Below are positions 1-7,541 of a stretch of 32,000 nucleotides of DNA, one piece after another (the first letter of the stretch is position 1; each line of letters opens with the position of its first letter). The DNA lies in NCBI GenBank assembly GCA_965224465.1, contig OZ245049.1, positions 720,001 to 752,000 of the forward strand. Reading direction: 5' to 3'. Both the position numbers and the translations under genes were made by a program. The stretch comes from Flavobacteriaceae bacterium. Its GTDB lineage: Bacteria > Bacteroidota > Bacteroidia > Flavobacteriales > Flavobacteriaceae. The notes beneath the pieces were generated by a model. That model searched no databases. It was not told the origin of the DNA and worked only from the letters and a program-made list of their open reading frames with translations.

Positions 1-2516
1 GAGGTACTCGATTTAATATCTTCAAGGGCTTTGTCTAAGGCATTTGTGATGTTATCTTTTAGATTTTGATACTCATCTTGATTAATTACCTCATACTCAA
101 ATCCTGTGCTGTACTTGTTTCCGCCTATTATTTTGATGTAACCGTAACTTTGTAAATCATATAAATACCTGCTTAATGTTTTGGGGTTAATTCGCATTTT
201 AGCACGTAATTCTTTAGCATAAAAACTTTGCCCATTTCCCTTTTTTAAGTGTGCTTTCAGCACTTCCAAAAAATCTCTACACGCTTTTGTCAACTCATCA
301 CTTTTGGCAAGTAATACCGTTTTTAGTAGCTTATTAGCTTGTTCTATATCTTCCAATGTCGTTTCTATGTATTTTTCTCCAGTAGTTTCATTTATTTTTA
401 TTTGCCTCTGCCGCTGGCAGTAAAATGTTACCGTTTCTATAAATGCTAAATAATGGGTGTTTGTTCTTAATGGCTTAAAAACTGTTTCGGGGATATTTAA
501 TAGTGTAGCGTAGGGATTGACAACTTTTACTTTCTCTAATAACCATTGTACATCCTTTAAAAATTCCCTGGCATTATTTTCTTCTTGCTTGTTAATCTTT
601 CCTGCCGATATGTTTTGCTGATAGCTCATAATTCCCTCTTTTTGTTGTTTACTGTTGTCTAAATAGATTAATAATGAACGGTTTGCATTGTCTTCATAAA
701 TCTTTTCTTTGGTAGTTGTTCCTGCTAAACAAATTGGTCCTTCTACGGTTAGGGTTACTGTTTTTAGGTTTCCTTTTGCATCTTTTATAGGTATGGTTTT
801 ACTTATTTTTCGTTTACTCATTAGTTCTCTTATAGCGTACAGTATCTTATCATCTTGTGCTCCATCCAAATCTTCAATTAATATCAATTTGTTTTTTAGT
901 TCTGTTCTGTCAAAGTAGTAAAGTGCATTTTCTGATAGTGCGGTGATTTCTAATTTATGTTCTTCAGGGATTAAGTCTGCTATTTTTTCTTGTAGGTAAG
1001 TTTTTCCTGTGCCGCTTGCTCCAAGACTTATAATATGTAGCGGTTGTTCTCGTAATCTACTCGTAAAAACCAAATACATTAACAGCCGATTATCGACCTC
1101 TCCAACCATTCCCGTTTTACCGATTAAATCATTTGTCTTCCGGAGTAGATTTTCGCCTTTTAAAAAGGTAATTGCTTTTTGTTTTCTTAGCTCTGTTAAT
1201 TCTCTTTGTTTCTTTTTTTGTGGTTTTTGAGCATCAACTTGTCTTAATCTGTAATCTTCTAATCCGTTTATGAGTTCTGCTATTACGTATTGTATTTCTC
1301 GTGTTCCTAATTCTAATCTTTCTGCTACTTTTCTTGTAAATTTCTCTGTTGAATCATCATTGTATAAATCTAAATTACTTTGTCTGATATTATATATTGG
1401 ACTTGGATTATCTGTTCTTGTAATGCGTAAAGTAACTTTTAGCTTGTCTAAACTGAACAAGTTTATCCCACCTAAAACGGCTATTAAAATGTTGTTGTTT
1501 TGGTAAGTGATGTAATCTTGGTTTTCTGTGTTCAGCTCGTTACTTACTGGCTCTGCCTGCTCTGTTACAAATTCAGTTTCTGAACCAAATAGGTTTTCTC
1601 TTTCACTTATTAAATGTTCTAAAATTGTAGGTTCGTGGCTCTGTACTAAACTATTTATATCTTCTCCTTTCGGACAATTAATTTTACTTATTGATAGATT
1701 ATTGAATAGTTGGTTTAGTGTTTTAGAATGTTCTTGCACTGCTTTTTCTCCCGCTTCATCTCCATCAAAGAAAAGTACAACTTCTTTTAAATTTTCTAAT
1801 TTTAATAATGCTTGCTTGTGTTCTTCAGTAAAGCCATTTGTTCCATATAAAGCAAGTGTTTCAAAGTTGGTGTATTTCTGAAGTGTGGCACTATCGATTA
1901 TACTTTCTGTTAAAATGATTACTTGCGTTTCTTTGTTTGGGTATTTTGGATAAAGTCCTTTTCTGTTAGCTGTATAGTAGTGCGTTCCTGTTTTGGCTAT
2001 ATTTCTACCGTAGAAACTTACTATCTCGTTTTGCTCATTTTTCAGAGGGTAAATGATGCAGTTTTTGAGTTGTTTAAAGTGAGTTCCATTATTATATCCT
2101 TGCTCTAATTTCACATCATAGATTCCTCTTTCTTCTAAATACGTTATTGCTTTTTTACTTCTGTGTAGGCTTTGTTTAAATTTGGGGTATAGTTCTTCAA
2201 AGTCTATAGTTTCAGCTTCTTCAAGTTTAGTATTCATAATTTTTAATTCATCATTCGTAATTCCAATAAGGCTTTTCGCCTTATTGATAGCTTTATGTTT
2301 GGTGCAGTTCTCTATTTCTTGTATAAACTGTATTGCATCTCCTGTTTTATCACAACCAAAACAAGTATAGGTATTCGTTTTGGGGTAGATTCTTAAACTC
2401 GGTTTGTTGTCTTTATGGAATGGGCATTTTGCGTGGTTGTTTTTGTTGATTGAGATATTGTACTGACTTAGTACTGTTTCTATGCTTAATTGCTCTTTAA
2501 TTTGCTTGATTTCCAT
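1..2516 (-). CDS. DNA primase (CHC2 zinc finger + TOPRIM) fused to a P-loop NTPase; 3' end cut by the window edge (about 13 nt missing)
   Basis: Colinear with 7555..10070, with a single SNP (1685 vs 9239). The ATG at 2516 gives MEIKQIKEQL. It is absent from the ORF track only because it runs off the window edge. Confidence 0.85.
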   Translation of the reverse strand, partial: MEIKQIKEQLSIETVLSQYNISINKNNHAKCPFHKDNKPSLRIYPKTNTYTCFGCDKTGDAIQFIQEIENCTKHKAINKAKSLIGITNDELKIMNTKLEEAETIDFEELYPKFKQSLHRSKKAITYLEERGIYDVKLEQGYNNGTHFKQLKNCIIYPLKNEQNEIVSFYGRNIAKTGTHYYTANRKGLYPKYPNKETQVIILTESIIDSATLQKYTNFETLALYGTNGFTEEHKQALLKLENLKEVVLFFDGDEAGEKAVQEHSKTLNQLFNNLSISKINCPKGEDINSLVQSHEPTILEHLISERENLFGSETEFVTEQAEPVSNELNTENQDYITYQNNNILIAVLGGINLFSLDKLKVTLRITRTDNPSPIYNIRQSNLDLYNDDSTEKFTRKVAERLELGTREIQYVIAELINGLEDYRLRQVDAQKPQKKKQRELTELRKQKAITFLKGENLLRKTNDLIGKTGMVGEVDNRLLMYLVFTSRLREQPLHIISLGASGTGKTYLQEKIADLIPEEHKLEITALSENALYYFDRTELKNKLILIEDLDGAQDDKILYAIRELMSKRKISKTIPIKDAKGNLKTVTLTVEGPICLAGTTTKEKIYEDNANRSLLIYLDNSKQQKEGIMSYQQNISAGKINKQEENNAREFLKDVQWLLEKVKVVNPYATLLNIPETVFKPLRTNTHYLAFIETVTFYCQRQRQIKINETTGEKYIETTLEDIEQANKLLKTVLLAKSDELTKACRDFLEVLKAHLKKGNGQSFYAKELRAKMRINPKTLSRYLYDLQSYGYIKIIGGNKYSTGFEYEVINQDEYQNLKDNITNALDKALEDIKSST

Positions 2517-2673
2517 CTTTTTTGAAATTGTTAAAAAAACTTTAATGATAACTATTGATTGCAAATGTATATAATAGTTTTCATTTAACAAGAAAACTAT
2601 TATTTTTTTTGGATACTTTTATTAACTAAATTTGCAGAAACAAGTAAACAGTAGTTTACTAATAGATAATATA
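2517..2673. promoter_or_regulatory. Divergent primase/XRE control region with two -7 boxes and a 12-bp perfect inverted repeat
   Basis: TACATTTG on the minus strand (2562..2569) lies 46 nt before the primase ATG. TAAATTTG on the plus strand (2627..2634) lies about 40 nt before the XRE ATG. The inverted repeat ATAATAGTTTTC/GAAAACTATTAT sits at 2571..2582 and 2592..2603. Confidence 0.45.
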
Positions 2674-3009
2674 ATGAATATTGGAAGTAAAATAATAGAA
2701 CTTAGGAAAGCAAAAAACTGGTCTCAAGCAGAACTTGCTGAAAATATAAGCGTGTCTCGTGTGATTATTGGAAAGTATGAACGCAATGACGCATCCCCAT
2801 CAATTGACATTGCAAAAAAGATGGCTGACGCTTTTGGGGTTAGTTTAGATTTTTTAGTAGGTGAGGGTAAAAATGCACACTACAATAAAAAGACATTAAA
2901 AATTATTGAAGAAATTGAAGCACTTGAACCAACTACAAAAGAAAAATTATACTTCTTAGTAAATGCTGTTATTCGAGATTCTAAAATACAAAAAGCTTAT
3001 GCAGGATGA
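2674..3009 (+). CDS. XRE/Cro-C1 family HTH transcriptional regulator
   Basis: HTH_3-like sequence: MNIGSKIIELRKAKNWSQAELAENISVSRVIIGKYERNDASPSIDIAKKMADAFGVSLDFLVG. Start set at the ATG at 2674; the ORF-track start at 2632 is a TTG extension. Confidence 0.85.
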   Translation: MNIGSKIIELRKAKNWSQAELAENISVSRVIIGKYERNDASPSIDIAKKMADAFGVSLDFLVGEGKNAHYNKKTLKIIEEIEALEPTTKEKLYFLVNAVIRDSKIQKAYAG

Positions 3010-3467
3010 GAAAGTTTTAAAACCTCTCTTTTCATATCTTCATACAAAGATAAAGCCTCTTTAAAAATTTCTTTAAGAGTTTCGTAATTATCAAATGAGG
3101 GCTTTTTTACTAAGCCATTTGATTTAATTCCCTGACTGTATTCTATTGATTCACAAATTAGAGAAGCAGGTCCACCTATGATTTGTCCCAATTCCTTATT
3201 TTTACAAGCCAAGATAATTTCAACAACACCATACTTAATTGATAGATGTATGTTGAATTCCCAAATATTATTTGAATCTTTAATTTGATAGAAACTCCCT
3301 TTTGATACAAATATTACTTTACTCCCTAACTCTTTAAAAATATCTAAAATTTGTTTTTTATCTACCTTTTCAAGTCTTCCCTCATTTATTCTTGTTTTCT
3401 TACTTAGATCCTTATAACGTCCATAAAAATTAACGTTCTCAAATATATTAATCCCAAACTCTTCCAT
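2997..3467 (-). CDS. Putative immunity protein for the 223-aa toxin module (variant a)
   Basis: Lies immediately downstream of the toxin module on the same strand, with a TAATG stop/start overlap at 3467. It is small and cytoplasmic-looking, and is the most divergent gene between otherwise identical repeat units. Confidence 0.6.
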   Translation of the reverse strand: MEEFGINIFENVNFYGRYKDLSKKTRINEGRLEKVDKKQILDIFKELGSKVIFVSKGSFYQIKDSNNIWEFNIHLSIKYGVVEIILACKNKELGQIIGGPASLICESIEYSQGIKSNGLVKKPSFDNYETLKEIFKEALSLYEDMKREVLKLSHPA

Positions 3468-4138
3468 TATTCTACTTTAAATCGTAATGTAATTCCTTTG
3501 TTGTTAGCTAAATTAATGTAGTCTTGAATATTACTTAAACTTTGATTAGTAGCAGGAATCTCTAAATACATTTGACCTTGTAAAATTTGACCATCAAGTA
3601 ATGGACTATACTTAGGCGAATTAATTGCTGTCCCTGGACTGTATTTAACTAACATTTCATCAAGATAACTCTCAAAAGTCGAAAGTTGTATATCCCCCAA
3701 ATTAGTTGCTTTTCTTGAAATAATTTCACCTGGATTACCATTAGCAGGTGGTTTATAAGAATCTAATCGTTTTCCATTACCCAAATGAACTTCATTGTAT
3801 GGATACCAATCATTATCAACTGCTTTTTTATTGAATGTGTTACCTCTTGCGAGCGGTGAATCAAATAACCAATAATCTCTTACCTCTTTCCATTCTAATC
3901 TTGGTCTTGGTGTTTTACCTGCATTTGTTTTTCGAGTAACGTACTTTAAATAATCTACTTCAAGTATGTTGTCAATGAATTTACCTGAGCCATTTAACAA
4001 TTCACTCCCTGCATTAGCCAAATCTTCAACACTAGCACTACTTTTTTCAATTGAAAAAAAAGTATCGTTTGCACTTAAATTAAAGCTTGTAAAAAAGCTT
4101 AGTGCAACTATTAAGAATATTTTAAAATGACTATTCAC
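3467..4138 (-). CDS. Displaced polymorphic-toxin C-terminal module (unassigned family, variant a) fused to a signal-peptide-like leader
   Basis: GTG start. The leader MNSHFKIFLIVALSFFTSFNLSA|ND is followed by FFSIEKSSASVEDLAN and then a ~175-aa domain. It shares the LAN junction 9-mer with the large toxin gene. A possible PD-(D/E)xK-like signature (RLDS...GEIISRK) is only a guess. Confidence 0.6.
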   Translation of the reverse strand: MNSHFKIFLIVALSFFTSFNLSANDTFFSIEKSSASVEDLANAGSELLNGSGKFIDNILEVDYLKYVTRKTNAGKTPRPRLEWKEVRDYWLFDSPLARGNTFNKKAVDNDWYPYNEVHLGNGKRLDSYKPPANGNPGEIISRKATNLGDIQLSTFESYLDEMLVKYSPGTAINSPKYSPLLDGQILQGQMYLEIPATNQSLSNIQDYINLANNKGITLRFKVE

Positions 4139-4675
4139 GTTCTCAAATATACAATTTTGTTTTTTTCAACTGACAAAAAACACAAAATGATTTTCTACGT
4201 TTTTTCTTCAATTGAAAAAGAGGCGGCTGTAGCGTGGGTTTTCAATTGAAGAAAAAATGATAGCTTTTTACGGCGATTGAGTAAAACAATTAAGATTCCT
4301 AGTGCGCTGGCAGTAGTGGTGGCAAAAGCGGTGGAATGTGGCTATTTTGCATAATACCAGTTATAACTACCTGTAGTTTTTCACGCAAGAGTATTATAAC
4401 TTGTATTATGTAACTTAGCTTGGGGTGGTTTTTTTGGCGGAGTTTTTGCCTTTTAGCCGTGGCACAGCTCGTTGGATTTTCTTTTTTTCAATTGAAAATA
4501 AAAACTTAAAAAAGAAAATACAATGTGCTGTTTTTTTTAGCGTGGATGCAAAAAATATGACCTAAAAATCACTAGGCAGTGGCGAGCGGAACAAAAGGAA
4601 ATACAAAGGGTTTTTGCTTTTTCTGCAAAAATTTGGATTTGATTTTGTGGGGATTCGTGTGGTGGGATTTAATCG
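4139..4675. other. Conserved non-coding region of the unit (candidate att/ori/regulatory region)
   Basis: No credible ORF. Higher GC than the flanks. About a dozen GTGG on the plus strand and no CCAC that I could find. Contains four TTCAATTGAA palindromes and a 17-bp-arm hairpin. The right half is homologous to 19950..20300. Confidence 0.5.
4350..4410. repeat. Inverted repeat with 17-bp arms (CATAATACCAGTTATAA / TTATAACTTGTATTATG), 27-nt spacer
   Basis: 16 of 17 positions are complementary. Arms lie at 4350..4366 and 4394..4410. Confidence 0.7.
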
Positions 4676-5698
4676 TTAATCTTCTAAAAACCGATCTAAA
4701 CTTTCAATAATATCTTCTGGAGATGGTAACAAACTCTTTAATTCTTCAGGCAGTTTTTCACTTAGGGAATAATCTGCTATTCCCATTGGTTTAGTCGCAG
4801 TATTCAATGCATATTCAACTACAGTTCTGTTTTTAGATTTACAAATTATTATTCCAATAGATGGATTTTCTCCTTCAATCTTCACTTTATCATCTAAAAC
4901 AGAAAGGTAAAACTGCATTTTACCTGCATATTCTGGTTTAAACTCTGTTGTCTTTAATTCAATAGCAATCAAACTTTTTAATCTTCTGTGATACAATAGT
5001 AAATCAATGAAAAATTCTGAACCGTCTAATTCTAAACGATACTGATTACCAATAAAAGAATAATCTCCTCCCATTTCCATTAAAAAACGTCTGATGTTCT
5101 TAACTAAACCAAGTTCTAAATCTCGTTCTTTATAATCTTCTGCCATTTCTAAAAAATCAAAACTATAACTGTCTTTAACCCCTAATTTGGCTTGATGCTT
5201 ATATTTTTCTTCTAACGACTTATCAAAGTTGGTTTGGTTCAATAAAAATCGTTCATAAGATTTACCTTCTACTTGATGAATCAATACATTTTTTGTCCAA
5301 CCATATTTCTTAGCCATTTTAATATAAAACTCACGTTCTAAATCATTTTTACACTTCTCTAAAATTACAAGGTTATGACTCCATCCAATTTCTCGCACCA
5401 ATGGTGCGAGTTTTTCGTTTTCATAATATTCTTGATAAAAACCTTTCATTCTCCAAAGATTACTACTTGAATACCCTCTTGTTCCTGGGAACTCTTTTTG
5501 TAAATCTTTCGCTAAATTTTCTACTACCGATTTACCCCAACCATATTGTTTTTGTTTTTCAATAATAGATTTTCCTAACTCCCAATAAAGATTAATCAAT
5601 TCAGTATTAACTGCTTTTAATGCTTTGTATTGAGATTGATAAATTTTCTCTTTTATCTCTTCTAAAAAATTGATGTAGGATTGGTCTGCTAAATTCAT
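4676..5698 (-). CDS. DUF1016 / YhcG-like PD-(D/E)xK nuclease-domain protein
   Basis: N-terminal region typical of the family (YKALKAVNTELINLYWELGKSIIEKQKQYGWGKSVVENLAKDLQKEFPGTRGYSSSNLWRMKGFY). C-terminal nuclease-like motif FIDLLLYHRRLKSLIAIELK. Start set at the ATG at 5698; the ORF-track start at 5707 is a TTG. Confidence 0.8.
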   Translation of the reverse strand: MNLADQSYINFLEEIKEKIYQSQYKALKAVNTELINLYWELGKSIIEKQKQYGWGKSVVENLAKDLQKEFPGTRGYSSSNLWRMKGFYQEYYENEKLAPLVREIGWSHNLVILEKCKNDLEREFYIKMAKKYGWTKNVLIHQVEGKSYERFLLNQTNFDKSLEEKYKHQAKLGVKDSYSFDFLEMAEDYKERDLELGLVKNIRRFLMEMGGDYSFIGNQYRLELDGSEFFIDLLLYHRRLKSLIAIELKTTEFKPEYAGKMQFYLSVLDDKVKIEGENPSIGIIICKSKNRTVVEYALNTATKPMGIADYSLSEKLPEELKSLLPSPEDIIESLDRFLED

Positions 5699-5729
5699 AA
5701 TTTTCAAAGTTAATTGTTTGGGTTGGATT

Positions 5730-6611
5730 TTACTGTAACGGATGAAACATTTCTATCTGCTTACTCAAATTCTTCATATCCTTATTTCGATACTTTTCTA
5801 TGTTTCCTACATTCTTATAACCGCTTAAATATTGGGTTTTTCTTAGTCCATATAAATCTATCCAAATACCTATTCTTGATTGTTTAAGTTGGGTTAATCT
5901 TTTAATATTTAGTGTTGGATTTTGTTCTCTAATTGTTTTTACTAATGCTTTTAATTGTTCGTGAACTCTTTGTTCTTTATTGACATTTGGATGAAACAAC
6001 TTTTCGCTTGATTCTAAACTTACTTTTCCATTTCTTCCTATTCCTCTAAAACTTGTAATATACTCGTGAAAAGGGATTATCTGATTTGCTTCTAATTTTA
6101 CTATTCTACTGTTCTTTCTTCTTACTCCTCCTGGGACTTTTAGTATTCCTTTTTTTAGATCTAAATCTTCTAATTCTAAATTCATTATATCTTGCTTATC
6201 CAATGCTTGAAAAATCATTAATCCCAATAGTAGTTTATTGCTGTATTTAAAATAGCCGTGTTTAGTTTTATCTTGGTAATTACTGTAAATTTCTTGTAGT
6301 TCTTCTTCTGTTAATAGTATGATTTGTTCTTGTGCTACTCCTCTTAATCTTACGTTTAAAGCAATATTATCTATCTTTAAAAAATGGTAATAATGTTCTA
6401 TTGCTCTAAGGGTTGTATTGATACTTGTTTTTGATTTCTCTTGATTTTGTAAATGACCAATATAGTTTAATAACTGATTGTATTTTATCGTTTTTACGGT
6501 TAGTTTATTGAGTTTTAACCAAGTTGTAAAAAGTCCTATTCTCATTATGAAATCTTTGATACATTTTTCGCTGTAAAACCTATCTATCAACCATTTTCTA
6601 AACTCTTCCAT
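5730..6611 (-). CDS. Tyrosine-recombinase-like protein with a degenerate catalytic set (partner subunit)
   Basis: N-terminal core-binding-like region paralogous to the neighbouring recombinase. By-eye alignment places ALDKQD where GLRSKE (Arg I) is expected, TQLKQS where HSLRHS is expected, and SGY where LGH is expected. The terminal Tyr is kept (IEKY). Confidence 0.6.
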   Translation of the reverse strand: MEEFRKWLIDRFYSEKCIKDFIMRIGLFTTWLKLNKLTVKTIKYNQLLNYIGHLQNQEKSKTSINTTLRAIEHYYHFLKIDNIALNVRLRGVAQEQIILLTEEELQEIYSNYQDKTKHGYFKYSNKLLLGLMIFQALDKQDIMNLELEDLDLKKGILKVPGGVRRKNSRIVKLEANQIIPFHEYITSFRGIGRNGKVSLESSEKLFHPNVNKEQRVHEQLKALVKTIREQNPTLNIKRLTQLKQSRIGIWIDLYGLRKTQYLSGYKNVGNIEKYRNKDMKNLSKQIEMFHPLQ

Positions 6612-7435
6612 TCTTCAAGTATATGGGTGTAAATCTGTGTACTATCTAATCTTTTATGACCTAAAAAATTACCAATATATTCTAACTCCATTCCTTGCTG
6701 TAAAAGGTGTGTCGCTATACTGTGGCGTAAACTGTGCAGTGTTGCATTTTTATTAATGTTTGCCTTATTCATTAACTTCTTTAATCTACTGTTTAAATAT
6801 TGACCTGTTACTTGTGGATTTGATTTCCCAACTAATAAATAGTTACTTTCTGTATTGATTATCTCCCTTGCAAACTCAACATATTCTTTTAAATCTGCTA
6901 TTACTTTTTTACTCATTGGAACGTATCTACTTTGATAATTCTTACTTGGTTTGACATAAATTAATCCTTTGTTAAAGTCTAATTCTTTTGGTTCTAAATT
7001 AATACCTTCTTTACTTCTTAATCCACAACCATAGTAGATACTTAGCATTGCTTTATCAAATAAACCACTCGGACTGTGCCCATCAATTGAAGAAAAAAGT
7101 TGTTGTATTTCTAATTGATTAAAGATTACTTTTTCTGTTTTTATTTCTCTTTCTACTATAATTTTATTGACTGCTAATTTCTGTTTTTTGGTCTTTTCTA
7201 AAAAGGCACTGTATCTATTTATTACGTTAATATGACCTTGTATATATTGTCTACTGGCTTTGGTTTGATGCAAGCCTTTTATAAACTCTTCTATCTCTTG
7301 TTGATTAGCTTTTCTTTGATTTAAGTACTTGAAAAAATTAGCTAATAACCTTACATATCCTTTGATGGTGCTTTCTGCATAGCCTAATCTAACTAACCAA
7401 TTCTCAAAGTTTTCTAATTCTTCTTTTAAATTCAT
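6587..7435 (-). CDS. Tyrosine recombinase / integrase (XerC/D-like, canonical catalytic residues)
   Basis: GCGLRSKE (Arg I) and HSLRHSIATHLLQQGMELEYIGNFLGHKRLDSTQIY (HxxR, H, Y). Overlaps the downstream partner gene by 25 nt. Confidence 0.85.
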   Translation of the reverse strand: MNLKEELENFENWLVRLGYAESTIKGYVRLLANFFKYLNQRKANQQEIEEFIKGLHQTKASRQYIQGHINVINRYSAFLEKTKKQKLAVNKIIVEREIKTEKVIFNQLEIQQLFSSIDGHSPSGLFDKAMLSIYYGCGLRSKEGINLEPKELDFNKGLIYVKPSKNYQSRYVPMSKKVIADLKEYVEFAREIINTESNYLLVGKSNPQVTGQYLNSRLKKLMNKANINKNATLHSLRHSIATHLLQQGMELEYIGNFLGHKRLDSTQIYTHILEEWKSLENG

Positions 7436-7541
7436 ATTTAAAATTTAGGGGGGTGCCTTGCGTTTTGAGATTTGTATTGAGGTACTGACTTAACTTACTG
7501 ATAATCTTTTAGTTTAGTACCTCGCTAAGCTAACTGAGGCA

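Larger units (their letters stand above)
1..4021 (-). mobile_element. Unit A (partial) of the tandem array: toxin module a, immunity a, XRE, primase-NTPase
   Basis: Boundary placed at the shared ATTAGCCAA 9-mer (4013..4021). Offset to unit B is 7554. Confidence 0.45.

Noticed and set aside
709-2370. Plus-strand ORFs of 61-117 aa (709..918, 1009..1230, 1270..1506, 1528..1881, 1923..2108, 2182..2370) and their copies at 8263..9924, 15181..17546 and 22762..25136
   Set aside because: All are antisense to the well-supported primase-NTPase genes. Their products are low-complexity and rich in F, S, L and C, as expected from reading A-rich coding DNA backwards. They have no independent motifs.
2874-4001. 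The divergence island as the product of a diversity-generating retroelement
   Set aside because: There is no reverse transcriptase and no template repeat in the window. The substitutions I inspected involve all base types rather than being adenine-specific.
3467-4138. Assigning the 223-aa module to a named restriction-endonuclease-fold toxin family
   Set aside because: Only a loose D...E-x-x-S-x-K pattern (RLDS...GEIISRK) is visible. It does not match the canonical (D/E)xK spacing, and I cannot run an HMM. The family is left unassigned.
4611-4631. TTTTTGC-TTTTTCT-GCAAAAA hairpin downstream of the cargo gene (also at about 20248..20268) as a rho-independent terminator
   Set aside because: The stem is 7 bp and almost entirely A/T, too weak to call a terminator. 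It is conserved between unit types, so it may still be a binding site, but I cannot support a specific function.
7083-7098. TCAATTGAAGAAAAAA inside the canonical recombinase genes (7083.., 14667.., 22248..) as an extra att-like site
   Set aside because: It lacks the first T of the 10-mer and sits in a conserved coding segment (LFSSID). Its resemblance to 4242..4257 may be coincidental in T/A-rich DNA. It is worth a glance only if binding data point there.
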